Assembly (NCBI RefSeq): GCF_001194135.2
Contig: NC_068993.1
Coordinates: 63,450,935-63,514,934, forward strand
DNA from: Octopus bimaculoides
Lineage: Eukaryota
Direction: 5' to 3'
Length of the DNA stretch: 64,000 bases
Shown here: in pieces, positions 1 to 14,343 of the stretch
How positions within the stretch are numbered: position 1 is the first letter of the stretch
How the letters are laid out: each line of letters opens with the position of its first letter
Program-made: the position numbers and the translations under genes
Notes under the pieces: generated by a model
Told to the model about the DNA's origin: nothing
Database searches by the model: none
The model's input: the letters and a program-made list of their open reading frames with translations, nothing else

Positions 1-316
1 AGTCCTGAATTTGAATTCGCTGTGTGCCATCTTGGGAGAATGTCATTTTCAACGACTCACATCAGCTCATATCCTACGAGAAGAAACTGTATGGAAGCCC
101 AGTTGTTGGTTTCGTACCTGTAACTCAAAAGGCACAGCCTTGTCACACCGATTCTGACTGAGAATCATGTTAAAGGTGTACCTGTCTGTGGAATACTCAA
201 CCACTTATGTTTAATGCAGAAGCAAATAATTCAGTAAATCAAATAACTGAATCATCACCATCATCATCAAATGTCAGAGATCCACCACCATTTGTGTATA
301 AATATATATATATATA

Positions 317-357
<41 letters not shown>

Positions 358-367
358 NNNNNNNNNN

Positions 368-400
<33 letters not shown>

Positions 401-408
401 TGCACACT

Positions 409-640
409 TGTATTGAACAGTCAGGATGAGTGTTCAATAATCAGTGGTAGATAAATATTCTTTATTTGTAGATTAACAAGACTACCGTTGGTTTCATGCA
501 AAAGAAATCTCTAAATAAATATCAAACCTGTCAGATATGAACATTGCTACTCATCTCCATCTTGGTAGCAGGCTCGAAAATTGCTGAGAGATTTCTCTCG
601 GCATGAAAACACCAACGGTAGCTTTATTAATGCACAATAA
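409..640. repeat. Dispersed structured repeat with internal inverted arms (about 462-512 vs 587-640); second copy at 46458-46634
   Basis: TATTGAACAGT.AG.ATGAGTGTTCAA.AA.CAGTGGTAGATAAATATTCTTTATTTGTAGA is shared by both loci; ctaccgttggtttcatgc..agaaatctct recurs as its reverse complement at 587-621. Confidence 0.8.
623..628 (-). terminator. Candidate polyadenylation signal AATAAA for sarcoglycan (second candidate at 461-466)
   Basis: Nearest canonical AATAAA I found on the minus strand downstream of the stop, about 330 nt away; lies inside a repeat. Confidence 0.3.
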
Positions 641-955
641 CTTTTATATATATACATATATATATATATGTAATGCATATATGTGTATATGTAATATATA
701 TATGTATTTATGTACATATGTATATATGTAATGTGTATATGTAATATATGTAATATTATAATATATATGTGTGTGCAAATATATATATATATTTATCTAT
801 TTCTTTTTCTTTTTTTTATGGGAAGTGTGTCTTGTGATAGAAATGAAGGCACATGAGTTATGCAGCATAGAAATATTCCGGTGCTTGTGATGCTGGGAAA
901 CACTCAAATAAGAAGTTTATGTGATTAGGAAGTGTGATTTGTTAGAGAAATTTTG

Positions 956-1135
956 TTATCTTCGACAGGCATCATTTGTTGCCATACATTCTTCTGTTGG
1001 TGGCGCCAGGAATAACCGGCCTGTATTGCACATACATAACTGGAAAACTTTTGCATTAAAGTTGGTAGAATTGCCACCTGCGTCTCGATTTATCTTCAAA
1101 TTTTTTAGGTAAATACCTTTGGCATCAAATGATAT
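956..1135 (-). CDS. Sgcd: Sarcoglycan terminal coding exon 7 ([10 protein letters not shown]...[29 protein letters not shown])
   Basis: Acceptor ttttttttcaacag|ATATCA; TAA at 958-956; four-Cys C-terminal cluster (C257, C259, C273, C280). Confidence 0.95.
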   Translation of the reverse strand: MSFDAKGIYLKNLKINRDAGGNSTNFNAKVFQLCMCNTGRLFLAPPTEECMATNDACRR

Positions 1136-4100
1136 CTGTTGAAAAAAAAAAAGAAATAAAGAAATAAAGAAATATTAAAAAAAAAATTTTTAATAGAATA
1201 AATAAAAATTAAAGAAAGTAACTAAAATATACTTATCATCAATGCTTGTTATATAATTGTATCAAGCTAACACTTTAATTTTTGATACTCACATAACTTC
1301 CATTTGTTGTGTGGAAAGTATCATTGAATTATTTCATTTCCAGACAATTTTGTTGTGGACGTGCAATGATCGAAAGTGCTGGACAACAACTGACCTTCTT
1401 ACAGACATTATCCTGTATCTCAGGTTATTCAGCTGAGTTGTTAGCAACAGGAAGGGCATCCCAGCTGTAAAAAACAAAAGCTTCCAGCATAACCCCCCTC
1501 CCTCTCTCGTATAAACAAGCAAAGGAAAATGTAACAGAAGAATCAAACTGTATTTCACTTAAATGTCAACATAAACAAAGAGGAGACAATCTAGAAGAAA
1601 TACCTTAGAACCATGTCTCACCACCAGATGTCTCTGTGTATGTCTACATGTAACATATGCCTATGAATGTCTCTGTGCAGCATATGGCTATATACAGTGG
1701 AATCTTGTCTTATGAATTTAATTCATTCCAAAGAAAACCACTTTTTTTCATAGGAAATTCAAGCAGTGACATGCACTGAGTGGGAAGTTAGACGCCATCA
1801 GATGCTGATGCCTTTGAGACTCCCAGTTTGTTGCCAACGGTCGTTGCCAGCTTGTGGGTTTGTTACTCAAGGCATTGTTCATCACCAGAGATGTTTTATC
1901 TTCCAAAAATTGTTCATAAACTGATTTGTTTATGAACCAAAGTTCCATTGTGTATGTCTATGTAACATAATGTCTGGATGTATCTGCTTTGATCAGGGGG
2001 CTCTGAGGTAAAGGAGTTACAGTAACAGGGGTTAATAAATGAGTCTTTATACAATTTCTCTGTCTGCTAGAAATAATGGTCTAATCTCCCTCAAATCATA
2101 TCTTACTGTCATAAAAATGAAAGAGATATGGAATAATGTCATACAAGATATACAAAGGTCCTGGGGAAAATGCCATTGTGCTTGGAATGTCCTCAGTCAC
2201 AGATCAGCTGAATGAAGGGTGATCTTGGAATAAACAAAAACAATATGGTCTTTAACTTACAAAAGATTTTCCAGAATGGAAGCTGATGTCTTGTGAACTC
2301 TTCAACTCCACTTTTCCTGAAGCTGAAATTAAGTTAACGCCTGTGTGACCAACCAGCTTCACAGAACTTTCTGGTGCTTCAATTCTAGACANNNNNNNNN
2401 NAAAAAAAAAAAAAAAATCGAAATCAATTAGAAATTATTATTTCTTTTTATGAAAATAATTGAAAACCTTTAAACACTGAATTTAACAATGGGGGGTATG
2501 GTGCAGAGGGTCAGGGAATCACAGGAGAGGAATTACAACTCTTATCTACTGAAAAATAAGTAATGGGTGTATCATGCATATTTCAGAAGTTCTTGTTCTT
2601 TCTTCAGCACCGCAACCCTTTCACCACCCATGCACACATTGCTTGAACAACTTCCAAATATAGCCATGTACCACAATGGGTTACACCAATTTACACACCA
2701 AAAACATTCCCGGTCTAGGTTGAAATATGGTGTCCCTAGCAACAATTAACATGGGATGATGTAGTTCTTGGAAAATAAGATGGCATCATTATGACTGGTA
2801 ACCAATCAGAGTTGAGAAAAAGTCAAAAAATAACAACAATCCAAACAGGTTGGATAAAAACTTTAACTGTACCATCCTATCCATGTCTATGTACCCACGT
2901 ACCTGCACACCCATGTACCAGCTATAAAATAATGGCGGACAAAATTGTGAAAAAGAAAAACACTCACACAAAACTAAAAATTAGCCAAAATCTATATTTT
3001 AGAGCTTAAATAATAAAATAATAATTGAGAAACAATTAGAAAACGTTTTCTTACACCAAAGGTCTGTTGTTTGGTGAATGAACTGTTGGTGTTTCAATGG
3101 AACCATCAAAGAGTGTGTTGCCTGGATTGAAAAGAAGATAAAAACAAATATATTATAATGGAATTGTCTTCATTTTGATTTTGATTCGAGTTATGGAGTT
3201 TAGGGAAGCATTTTTGGTTGATTTTCAAGTGTTTTGCCCAATGAGATCTCAACATAATGGGTATTTATATATACAGGGTGGCCCAAAAGTAGGTTTACCA
3301 TTATTCAACTATCTCTTTTGCATTCATATATTAACAGCTTATATCTTAATTATAAAAAAATATGAAACCATTATTTTATGCTGATGGTTGGTGACAGGAA
3401 TGGCATCCAATCATAGAAAATCTGCTTCAATAAACTTTGATCTAACTCATGCCAACATGGAAAAGTAGACGTTAAATGATGATGATGATGATCCCAAAAG
3501 CAAGCCTGCTTCCTCCATGTTTCCTCCTATACATGTTTCATACCTTCCATGAAGTCATCAGAGAATACTAACCATCATCAAATAGTCACAGAATATCCAT
3601 GGTCATGGCTAAAGTGTATTTATAGATTTTTTTTTTATTTGTGTTTGCTGAAAATGTCTTGTGTTTTTTTTTTTATCAGTTTTGTTCAGTTTAACCTCTC
3701 AATAGCCTTCACACATCCTCTTCACACATCCTCTTCACACATCCTCTTCACACATCCTCATCATTCAGATAAACAGTTTGGTCATTTGAAATAATCATAG
3801 TCACTTATATTTATGGCTTCATAAATTAAATAAAAATTAACAATTTTTTTCTAATTGCAAAAAAAACACCCTTATAACATTAAACCAAAACACATCTGTT
3901 TTGGTCCTGTTTTACTATTTTTTTTTCTTAAACAGAACAAAAATAAAGAAAAAAAATATTCTTGTGAAAGAAACCAAAGAAGTAAAATCCGTTTATCAAT
4001 AGAACTGGGTTGTGAATAAGGAAATAATAAATAATAATTAAATAAAATTATTCCGTCATTAATTTAGATAATCGTCTTTTTAATTCATTGGTTTCCGTTT

Positions 4101-4713
4101 TTATGGCAATATTTTTCTCAAGTTTAAATTTCAAAATTAGATGAACCTTCCTTTTAGTCTCAAGACTCAACCATACGAATATATATGAATTGATTGTTTA
4201 TGTCTAAAACAGATTCCACATTTTCCTGGCATACTTAGATGTGAACGAAATTATAACAAGGTTCCTATGAGCAATGGTAACATTAAGTTGAAGAATATTT
4301 GTCAGACATCATCAACCGGCATTATTATTTTGAGCTGATGTTTCCCTCTCATTCACTAAATGATTCAAAATGTTCTGGCTTCTGTTTAATCAAAGATTTT
4401 CCTTCTTTTTAAAGAAAAGTTGGTTTGCTTCAATGCTGAACCATTATTTTACAGAAATGTTTCAGCTTGAAATTTAGTATCAAATATTGTATTCTGGTTT
4501 GCTGGTGTTATCTGATAGCCTGCTCTGTCGTGATTGGTGTTCTCTTATTTCAGTCATTCATCATCATCATCATCATCGTCGCTGTTGCCATCATCATCAT
4601 TGTTGCTGTCATCATCATCATCACCAGTATCATCATCGCTTTAATGTCTACTTCCCCATGAGTCAGTCAACCAGTTGACTTCTTACTTTACTATTTGTTG
4701 ACCAGAAAAAATC

Positions 4714-4747
<34 letters not shown>

Positions 4748-7352
4748 ATCTGTGATAGTATTTCAAGAGAAACCCTTCACATCATCTGCTGGAGTCCAAA
4801 TGGAGATGGCAGACCAAATGACCTCCAAAGACCACAGAGTGATTCCTGTTCTGTGCCATTTCATAGATTCACAAGGAGAAGCCCCGAGAATGGTGCTTCG
4901 AGCCAAAAAGTGCAACCGTTGCATGTGTGCAAGTCAGAGCCACTTGAGATTCTCTGCCTCAAAGTTGTTGAGAGGAAATAATGTCCAAAGAAATCCTTTA
5001 CAGTTTTTATTCTGGCTCTTTGCATTTTGAGTTCAAACCCCACTGAGGCTCTTCCTCCTTTCAGGGTCAATACAATATAGTCAGCATTGATAATGGGATT
5101 ACAATCAACTAACCCCTCCCCTTAAATTGCTGGCCTTGTGCCGCATTTAAAAACCATTCTTCCACAGTTGAATGTCTTCTTAGGAATTAATTGTGATGCA
5201 AATTAAATACCATCAAAATAGCATGAAAATTATCTGTGACTTGAACATCAAATCTGCCATTAACCTATAACATATGTATGCTTGAATGTCAGAAAAAAAA
5301 TCAATGAAAGTACAGAAGCAGAGTAAAGAATATTTGATGTTTCTTTTCTTTCGTTAAAATTACTAACCTTTCTGTACTAATTTACTGCGATACAGTTCTA
5401 TATGATCTCTTGTAATAACCAAACTTTCTCGTCCTTTTTTGTCTTTGATTTCAAATCTATCACCTCTGGATTCTATGTTGTTCTCTCCTGAGGAAATTAC
5501 AAGAAGAAAATAAAAACACCAAAGAAAAGAAACAAAATTGAATTTAAACAAATATTTTAAGTAGAAATTGATTTAGAAAACAAATAACACAGCGAAAGAG
5601 AGTAAGAGTGAAGAGGTTGGAATGGAATGTTCTTGTTTGGAATATTTGTTATCAATAGTTTGGACACTTGTCACCAACAAAAGAAATCATCATCACCATC
5701 ATCACCATCGTCATCGTCATCATCATCATCATCATCATTATCATCAAGACAGTGAACTGGCGGAATTGTCAGCACATTGAGCAGCTTTCTTTTGGTTTTC
5801 TGCTCTGAATTCAAAGTCTGCTGACGTTTTTCTTTGCTTTTCTTGGGTTGATTCAAATCTGAGCCCCAGCTGAACACTAGACTTGGATGTTCTCAGCCCC
5901 TTTGCCCAAAATTTCAGACCTAGAGCTTACAATAGAAAGAGATTATGATTATTATTATCGTTATTATTATTTCTCTTTATCACAGGTTTTGTTAGAACTC
6001 CTGGAGATTTGCATACATAGCAGGCTTATTACCTGCAGCGTATGGTACCATGCTATCTGTTCTTTTCAGCAATCTAATACTTTCCTGGTAATTCTGGCCG
6101 TGCAAGGGAGGCAAACCTCTTGTAACAGTTCTATTGGGCACCCTATTCCTATTCCCATTTCCTTTATATTCCTCTTGATGCCTTCTGATACTGTTTCCAA
6201 GGACCCAACAATAATTGACACTATCTTCACATTCTTCAATTTCCAAAGCTGGGCTATTTCATACTTAAGATGGTTGTATCTAACTATCTTTTCTCCATTC
6301 TTGAGTGACTTCCAGTGATCAGTCTCAATTTGCACCTCAATGACCTTGGCTGCTTTGGTCCCTATTTTTGTCTTATTTTTGGTCCCTATTTTTGTAGACT
6401 CAGTCCCTTTAGTCTATCTATGCTGTTTTGGTTTCTATCTTGTGATCTGGGACCCTTTGGTCCTTATTTACATCTTAGTGGCCTGGGTTAGTTTGGTTCC
6501 AGTTTTCCTTGTAGTGATTTGGGCCACATTGGTTCCAGTTTGCGTCTGTGACCGAAGACTCTTTGGCTCCTGTTGGTGACACTCATGGTGAACAAGATAG
6601 AAACCATCAGACTTTTGACAAGTTGTCTCGTATTCCACTCTCCTCAGTCACACCATATATGGAAGCCCTGCTATGATTAGTACTCACCTATAATTAATTG
6701 GTTCGTTACGGCACCAGTTTTATCTCTGGCTTCTATTGTTACATTTGCACTGGATTCCACAAACAGTGGCTTTTTCTGCAAGAAGAAGAAGAAAATGGAA
6801 ATTTTGATCAGTCAGTGAGTTGTGAAAGAGTATAGCAGCAAGAATGGATGGAGTGGAAGAGGAAGAAGTGAAAGAGAATGAGTAAAGGATTTTGAGAGAG
6901 AGAGAGAGATAGAGAGAGAGAATAAAAGATAAATATAAGCAATAAACCATTTGAGAGTCTGATCCTGCAACCTTTCTATTTTTAAGACAAAACGATGAGA
7001 ATAGATGTGTTGCATCGATTGAGATATTTTTTATAGCCTTTTAAATAATAACTTCTTAAGTGTTTTTTATGTTCTTGGAAAACTAAAACAATGTCATTTA
7101 TAAGAAATTGAGATAAGACAATGGCTTGTGCTTTTATCTAATATTTTAATATTTTGGGGTTAAGACCTCCTATTCATTAAAAGGAAATCGAAGATTTGGT
7201 GTTGTAAGTTATCACTTCTGCTCTGTAATGTGTGTGTGCATGTGTGTTTGCGTATGAGTGTGTGGGTGTGTGTGCGTGTGTGTATGTTTGTGCGTGCTTG
7301 TGTGTATGTGCACGTGTGTTTGTGTGTGTTTGTGTGTGTATGTGTATGTGTG

Positions 7353-7388
<36 letters not shown>

Positions 7389-7971
7389 CAGTCTATATCA
7401 CACAATGCCACATCTAAACTATGCAACTCCTTAAGTGTTTTAATGGCTTTGTTCTTCGTTATTTTTTTTCTCTTGTAAAAGAGTTGGCTTCGTTTGCAAA
7501 GAGTTAAAAATTGGTGTTAATCATAGATTTTAGTGCATCACCATTTTCTTATCTACACGTCCAATATATTCAATCACCAAACAATTATCTGTCACTAATT
7601 TTCTCTTTTTTCTATTTGCTTCACTACTTTTGTGTTCATTTGGGAATCTCAGATCTTGGTGAAGCTTGGCAGTTTAAATATCTTTCTTTCTTTTTTTATA
7701 ATTGCTGAGCAGAATAAACCATTTTCTATTTTGTTCTCTATCTTTTTTTAGCCAGTTATTTTGAATATGTATTTAGACAACCCAGTTCTGTTCAATGTGT
7801 CGTGTTAGGAAAGCTACAGATTACATGGAAAAATAGAGGACAAATGCAAGAGGAATATGTTCACACACTTTGAGATATATGGACACAGTTTTTTTTTTAT
7901 TTCAGATATTGATGGCTGTAAGAGAAGGTTGTGTAGAATACATTGAAACACTCAAAGAACACATAGAATAG

Positions 7972-8024
<53 letters not shown>

Positions 8025-10567
8025 GATAGCAACACACTTCATTTTAGATATTGGTCTCTCTCTTACAATATCAAACACATGAAATTGCATTGCAAAGACC
8101 TTATACAAATCGTTTGCTGGTTCTACTCAGCTGGCTGTAACCATATTGATGTTCCACTGTCAAACATCACAAATAAAAAAGATGAAAAATATTCCTTTTG
8201 TTTTCCTGACGAAATCTTTTGATTAATCAAGGGTCAAATATTTATTTCCATTTGAGTATAAAAAAAACTGAAAGGGAGATAATCATATATTTCAATGTTA
8301 ACATTTTTGTTTTCATTAAAATTCATTTTATTTCTATTTGTTTGTCTCTCCTTTCCTTCGATTTCACCTGACAGTCTTTGTGACATTGTTCTGGAAAGAT
8401 TTTACAAAAAAAAAAAAAAAACACCACGAAACTTCTGGGTCAATGAAGTTCAGCTTTGATCAAACAGATTGAGAACCAAATGTGTCAGGGTTATAACTGA
8501 CACATGTTCTTTTTGGAGATAACGTACCTAGGGCTATATTATCCAATGCGTTCTTTCTTAAAAAATTCTTAGATGTGATTCAAAGGACATTTGACTGCAA
8601 TTGATAGTAAGTCAGTTGACCACATGGAGGCCAGACATCCAACCATAGAAACTATACTAAAACAGAAAATGGAGCATGTTGCAGTCCTTGGGCAGAGTGG
8701 GTTTTGTCAGCCCATGCAACACATGCTCACATGGAACATGGATGCTAAGTGATGATGATGAGAATGACGACAATGATGTGTGTGTGTGTGTGTGTATGTA
8801 CAGCGCAGCATCCTTTATAGTGTGGATGTCATGAAAGATGCCTCCAACAGGGTCTGCAAGAGCGATTGGTGTTGGGAAGGGCATCTGGCTGTAGAAATGC
8901 TGTCCAAACTAAAACCAATCATTTTTTAGTTTTGTACAGTTTGTGAAATAATTGTCATTGATAGGATACTGTAGTTTCAATTAACACAATATTCTTCCTT
9001 ACAAAATTTCCTGTTGTGGTACCTCCTCAAAGATGTTGTTGGAGTGAAGGATTCTTTTTTCAAGAAAAGTGACGAATTAGAAAAAGTGAAATTAAAAAAC
9101 CAAAAATAAAATGAAATAATGCAAAAAAATAAATAATAAGTAAATAAATAGAATAATGTAAAAGAATTAACAAAAATTACACATCTGGTTCCATTTTTGT
9201 GTAAATAGAACTGCATTCATTTCTGTGGAAATATCTTAGATTTACCAATTTGACAACTTTGGAAAATTGCCATGTACATCCTTGCTTATAGCATTTAAAT
9301 ATTACAATATAATTACTTGCAGACATTTGCAAACCAATCATAGGAACTAACTCTTGTCTTAGACTCATAACAGAGTCTGAAGAATCTTTTTATGTCTCTT
9401 ATCAGTTTTGATTTTGTGGTTTTCTCTACTTCACTTTTTTATTTGACTCTGGAGTATTTCCTGCCTGTAAATAATTACATCATTTGTTGATAAAACCCAC
9501 ACAATTGATTCATTAAGTCCAAGTATATGACTGGTATTTTATAAATATCTTGGAGCTGTCAGTTGCATGCTAGTGTTTTCTGTGACATGATTTGTATTTT
9601 AATCTAAAAGAATAATATTAACTCTTTAGCATTCAGGTTTCTCTCTCAAATTTAATTTTTTTTTATTCCCATTCATCGTCATCATTTAACGGTCGTTTTC
9701 CATGCTGGCATGGGTTGGACGGTTCGACTGGGGTCTGGAAAGCCAGGAGGCTGCACCAGTCTGATCTGGCAGTGTTTCTACAGCTCAACGCCCTTCCTAA
9801 TGCCAACCACTCCAAGAGTGTAGTGGGTGCTTTTTATGTGCCACAGGCACAGGGGTCACTGGAGGCTGGCAATGACCACGATCAGTTGGTGCTTTGTATG
9901 TGCACCAGCACAGAAGGCAATCAAGGCAGCGCTGGCATCGACCCCGTTCGGATGGTGCTATCATGCATTTATCTCATAACTTCATGACTTCAATAATGTG
10001 ATTGTTTACATTTAGAATGACATTGTAGGCTTGGTGTGAGAAGCTGGATCTGGCTAGTTTGAAGATAAAACAAGTAGAATATTTGGACCGGATAAAGCAG
10101 GTTTAAATGTTAAGGGGTGAAAAGTGTTGTTTGTTATTAAAGATTATTTTTGTGCTCACTGCATTACGATGTAAGGGACTTGCTGTTCTCTGGAGAGAGT
10201 TATGATGGTCTTATATTGGTACCCTGGAACCTCAGATAGATTATGGCAATGGCAGTGACTCTCAATCACTTAAACCTTTGTCATGAACTGGACGTGGAAT
10301 AAAATGTTACTGGAACATTTTGCCTGCAACTATAAAATAAAACATTATTTCACTAGTTTGGGGACCAAAAAAGAACAACGCTGCCCCTCCCCTTTCTCTC
10401 TCTCCCTCCCCAGACATGGGGCAATAGTCTGAAATGTTAGATCCTTCACCTCTCATGGCAACTGAACTTATTGAACTCTGGAATGTGGGTGTAAATAAAA
10501 TGAAACAGTTTATTTGCGTACTTTCTCAACCTAAACTGCAGTAAATTGAATTAAGCATCAGTGTGAG

Positions 10568-10637
<70 letters not shown>

Positions 10638-11003
10638 AACACATACACTCTATAAAATCCAGATAGTGTTTATTAAATTAAAGAAACTCTGACTGTCTGG
10701 GCCTGTTTGACATCAATAACAGTCAGCATTGCCAAAGCCCTAGATTAGAAAGTAGGCCAGTCATTCCGGGTCGCAGAATGGGTGTGGTGATGTGTTATTC
10801 TCTGTATTTTATTTCTTTTTCTTTGTGCATGTCTAAGTGGTTTGTCTTTTAACAGATTTGAAGAATTTGATGTTGAGAAATTGCAAAAGAGAAAATGGGA
10901 CGACAAGAAAAGTCAGTTAAAAAATATGTTTATGCATGTATCTCATGTTAGCTTTAGTGGATATTTAGGACACACATACACACACACATATACACACATA
11001 TAT

Positions 11004-11095
<92 letters not shown>

Positions 11096-12584
11096 TACTT
11101 GACACATATGGAAAAAATATATTTATTTATGTTCATATTTATCCCAATGAAAGAACACAGAATCTAGCAGTGGTTCTTGAATTTATGGCACACTAAAGAT
11201 CAAACAGAAAATTGCTGACACACTTTACATTGAAAGTTAAAAGTATAATAGAAAACTTTTGCATAATTTGTTTCATAAATCATTCTTTTATTTATGAATA
11301 ACATGTTTTCAAGAACCACCAGCTTCGGTATGAATTTGCTATGGCCTGAAATTGTTTTCAGAAACTTCACCCAGCGCCAATGATACGTGACAAACCAGTG
11401 AGGTCAGAACACCACTGCAACGTCTCAACTCTGAGATAAGATTTAACTCTACAACTTTTCATAGTTAAATACAGGCTTAGGGTTTATACAACAGGCTTCT
11501 TTCAGTTTCTGTCTACCAATTCCACTCACAAGGTTTTGGTTGGCCTGAAGCTATTGTAAAAGACACTTGCCCAAAAGTGCCATGCAATGGGACTGAACCT
11601 AGAACCATATGGTTGGGAAGAAAGCTTCTTATCACACAGCTACATCTGTGCATCATCATCATTGCCACCACTGCACAGGTGCCATTTACATGACACCAGT
11701 GTCTGCCACAACTACAATTTCACTTGGCTTGATAGGCTTGATAGGTTTTCTTCTCAAGCACGACATAATGCCAAGCGTCTCGGTCATTGCCTCCAAGAGG
11801 CCTAACACTCGAAAGGAGCTTTTCATGTGCCTCCAGTATCAGCCACTTTGCCTCTCTGAGATCCAACACTCACAAGGTGCTTTTTACGTGCTCCCGGACC
11901 AGGCAATGCATTGTGTTCTTGAGCAAAACACTTCCTTTCACATTGCTTCAGTCCACTCAGTTGGTAGAGATGAGTTAATCCTATGATAGACCAGCGTCCC
12001 ATCCATGGAAGAATGTATATGTCAGAGAAGTCATCTTTATGTTCTTTACAGAGTAATCTAACCAGTTAATGAGTAAAAGGGATTATCATATTTGAGAGTA
12101 GAAACCGGTAACTAGAAGGAGAATACAAAGAATCAAGTGTATATCTTGCCTTAATAGATATACACAAATACAGAAGTATGGCTGCAAAGAAAATGAAGAA
12201 GAATTTCCTTTGAACATTTGGACATAGAGAGTTCGTTATCTTGATTTCAAAGAAGCAATAATTAACATAGCAAAATGTAAATAGAGGGACTTATTTTGAC
12301 ACCTTTATTTCCAAAAGATAACTGATAAAAAAAGAAAACATAAGACAAAGACAGACTCACATGGGAATACATATAAAATTCAAATATACTTACTGGCAAA
12401 GAATTTATTTTTGATGTGTACAATGTTTTTGTAAATTCTGTTCTACCATCTACTCGGATACCCTTGTCTAAGATTCTGAGCTTTCCCATTCCACCCTGAA
12501 AAATGAAATAAAGAAAGATATTAATAAAGAAGACAATATAAATGTATTTCTGATAATTTACCCCTTAAAAATGTGCATGTCTGT

Positions 12585-12621
<37 letters not shown>

Positions 12622-12956
12622 GCCTTCCTGGCACTTGTGCCAGTGATATGTGAAAAGATATTTGAGCGAGTTCATTGCCAGTGCCACTGAACTGGCTCCT
12701 GTGCAGGTGGCACATAAAATACACTATTTTGAGTGTGGCCGTTGCCAGTACCCCCTGACTGGCTTGCATGCCGGTGACACGTAAAAGCACCCACTACACT
12801 CTCGGAGTGGTTGGCGTTAGGAAGGGCATCCAGCTGTAGAAACTCTGCCAGATCAGATTGGAGCCTGGTGTAGCCATCTGGTTCACCAGTCCTCGGTCAA
12901 ATCGTCCAACCCATGCTAGCATGGAAAGTAGACGTTAAACAACGACGATGATGATG

Positions 12957-12997
<41 letters not shown>

Positions 12998-13622
12998 ATG
13001 TAAGATCCAGGGATCGAGGTGTAGGAAGAAAGTTAGCTTTGAGCAATTCATAGTAAATATAAAGAAAAAAATAACAAAATACAGCCTTTAGGAACAATGG
13101 TGGTTTATTAAGGAGGAAGGTTGCAGATTTTTTCTTTATTGAAGAATGATGAGCTGGAAAAAAGTTCTTTTTATATTCCACAGAAGACAACCAGGATTGC
13201 TGAGTGTGCGAATAAGAATACGAGAGTTACGGAATGGAGTAGGAAAACTCTGGGCTATATAAGTTTCACAGCAAGCTGGACCTCAGAAATGGTAAAATCC
13301 AAGGTGAGGTTGGTGGTGATGGACAATAGAAAAAAAGATGAAGGTAGTGGCAGTGATGTTGGTCAGCAACTCCTTCATATTTCTCTGCATTCTATTGATG
13401 AGGCAACATTCCCGAACATTTAAACCTTTTCAATTCCTCTCAATAAACAAACTTCATTGAACATCCTTGTTTTTCTTCTTTCTTCCTTTCTATTTCATTC
13501 TCCCTCCCCCCTTCTCTCTCTCCAGAATATTTTCCTTTCATTTTCTTTTCTCTTTCTTTCTCCTCTGTATCATCCACTGTATTTTCTCAACCAATTCAAG
13601 ATACTATAATAGGACAGCTGGG

Positions 13623-13653
<31 letters not shown>

Positions 13654-14303
13654 NNNNNNNNNNNNNNNNNNNNNNNNNNNNNNNNNNNNNNNNNNNNNNN
13701 NNNNNNNNNNNNNNNNNNNNNNNNNNNNNNNNNNNNNNNNNNNNNNNNNNNNNNNNNNNNNNNNNNNNNNNNNNNNNNNNNNNNNNNNNNNNNNNNNNNN
13801 NNNNNNNNNNNNNNNNNNNNNNNNNNNNNNNNNNNNNNNNNNNNNNNNNNNNNNNNNNNNNNNNNNNNNNNNNNNNNNNNNNNNNNNNNNNNNNNNNNNN
13901 NNNNNNNNNNNNNNNNNNNNNNNNNNNNNNNNNNNNNNNNNNNNNNNNNNNNNNNNNNNNNNNNNNNNNNNNNNNNNNNNNNNNNNNNNNNNNNNNNNNN
14001 NNNNNNNNNNNNNNNNNNNNNNNNNNNNNNNNNNNNNNNNNNNNNNNNNNNNNNNNNNNNNNNNNNNNNNNNNNNNNNNNNNNNNNNNNNNNNNNNNNNN
14101 NNNNNNNNAACAACCCCCGCTCCAGTATTTATTGTATTTTTGGGATAGTATTCTTTGTTAATATTTTTTAAATGCAGATCAGAATTCTTTGTTGAGAATA
14201 ATTAAATCAGTTTTACTGCATCTGAGTGACACACGGACACTCCGACCCCCCTCCCCGTAGATTCAAACACACAGGCACAGAACCAAGGTTGGCATCAGGA
14301 GGA

Positions 14304-14343
<40 letters not shown>

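Noticed and set aside
921-1112. Plus-strand 63-aa ORF
   Set aside because: Antisense shadow of sarcoglycan exon 7
4467-4678. TM-like poly-Ile and poly-His/Cys ORFs suggesting a membrane or metal-binding peptide
   Set aside because: Product of a (CAT)n trinucleotide array; no splice or homology support
13467-14171. Long ORFs (170-330 aa) here and at 33900-34844, 38728-39507, 42167-43012, 51676-52661, 56440-57066, 58455-59464
   Set aside because: They are open only because they run through N-gaps and microsatellites
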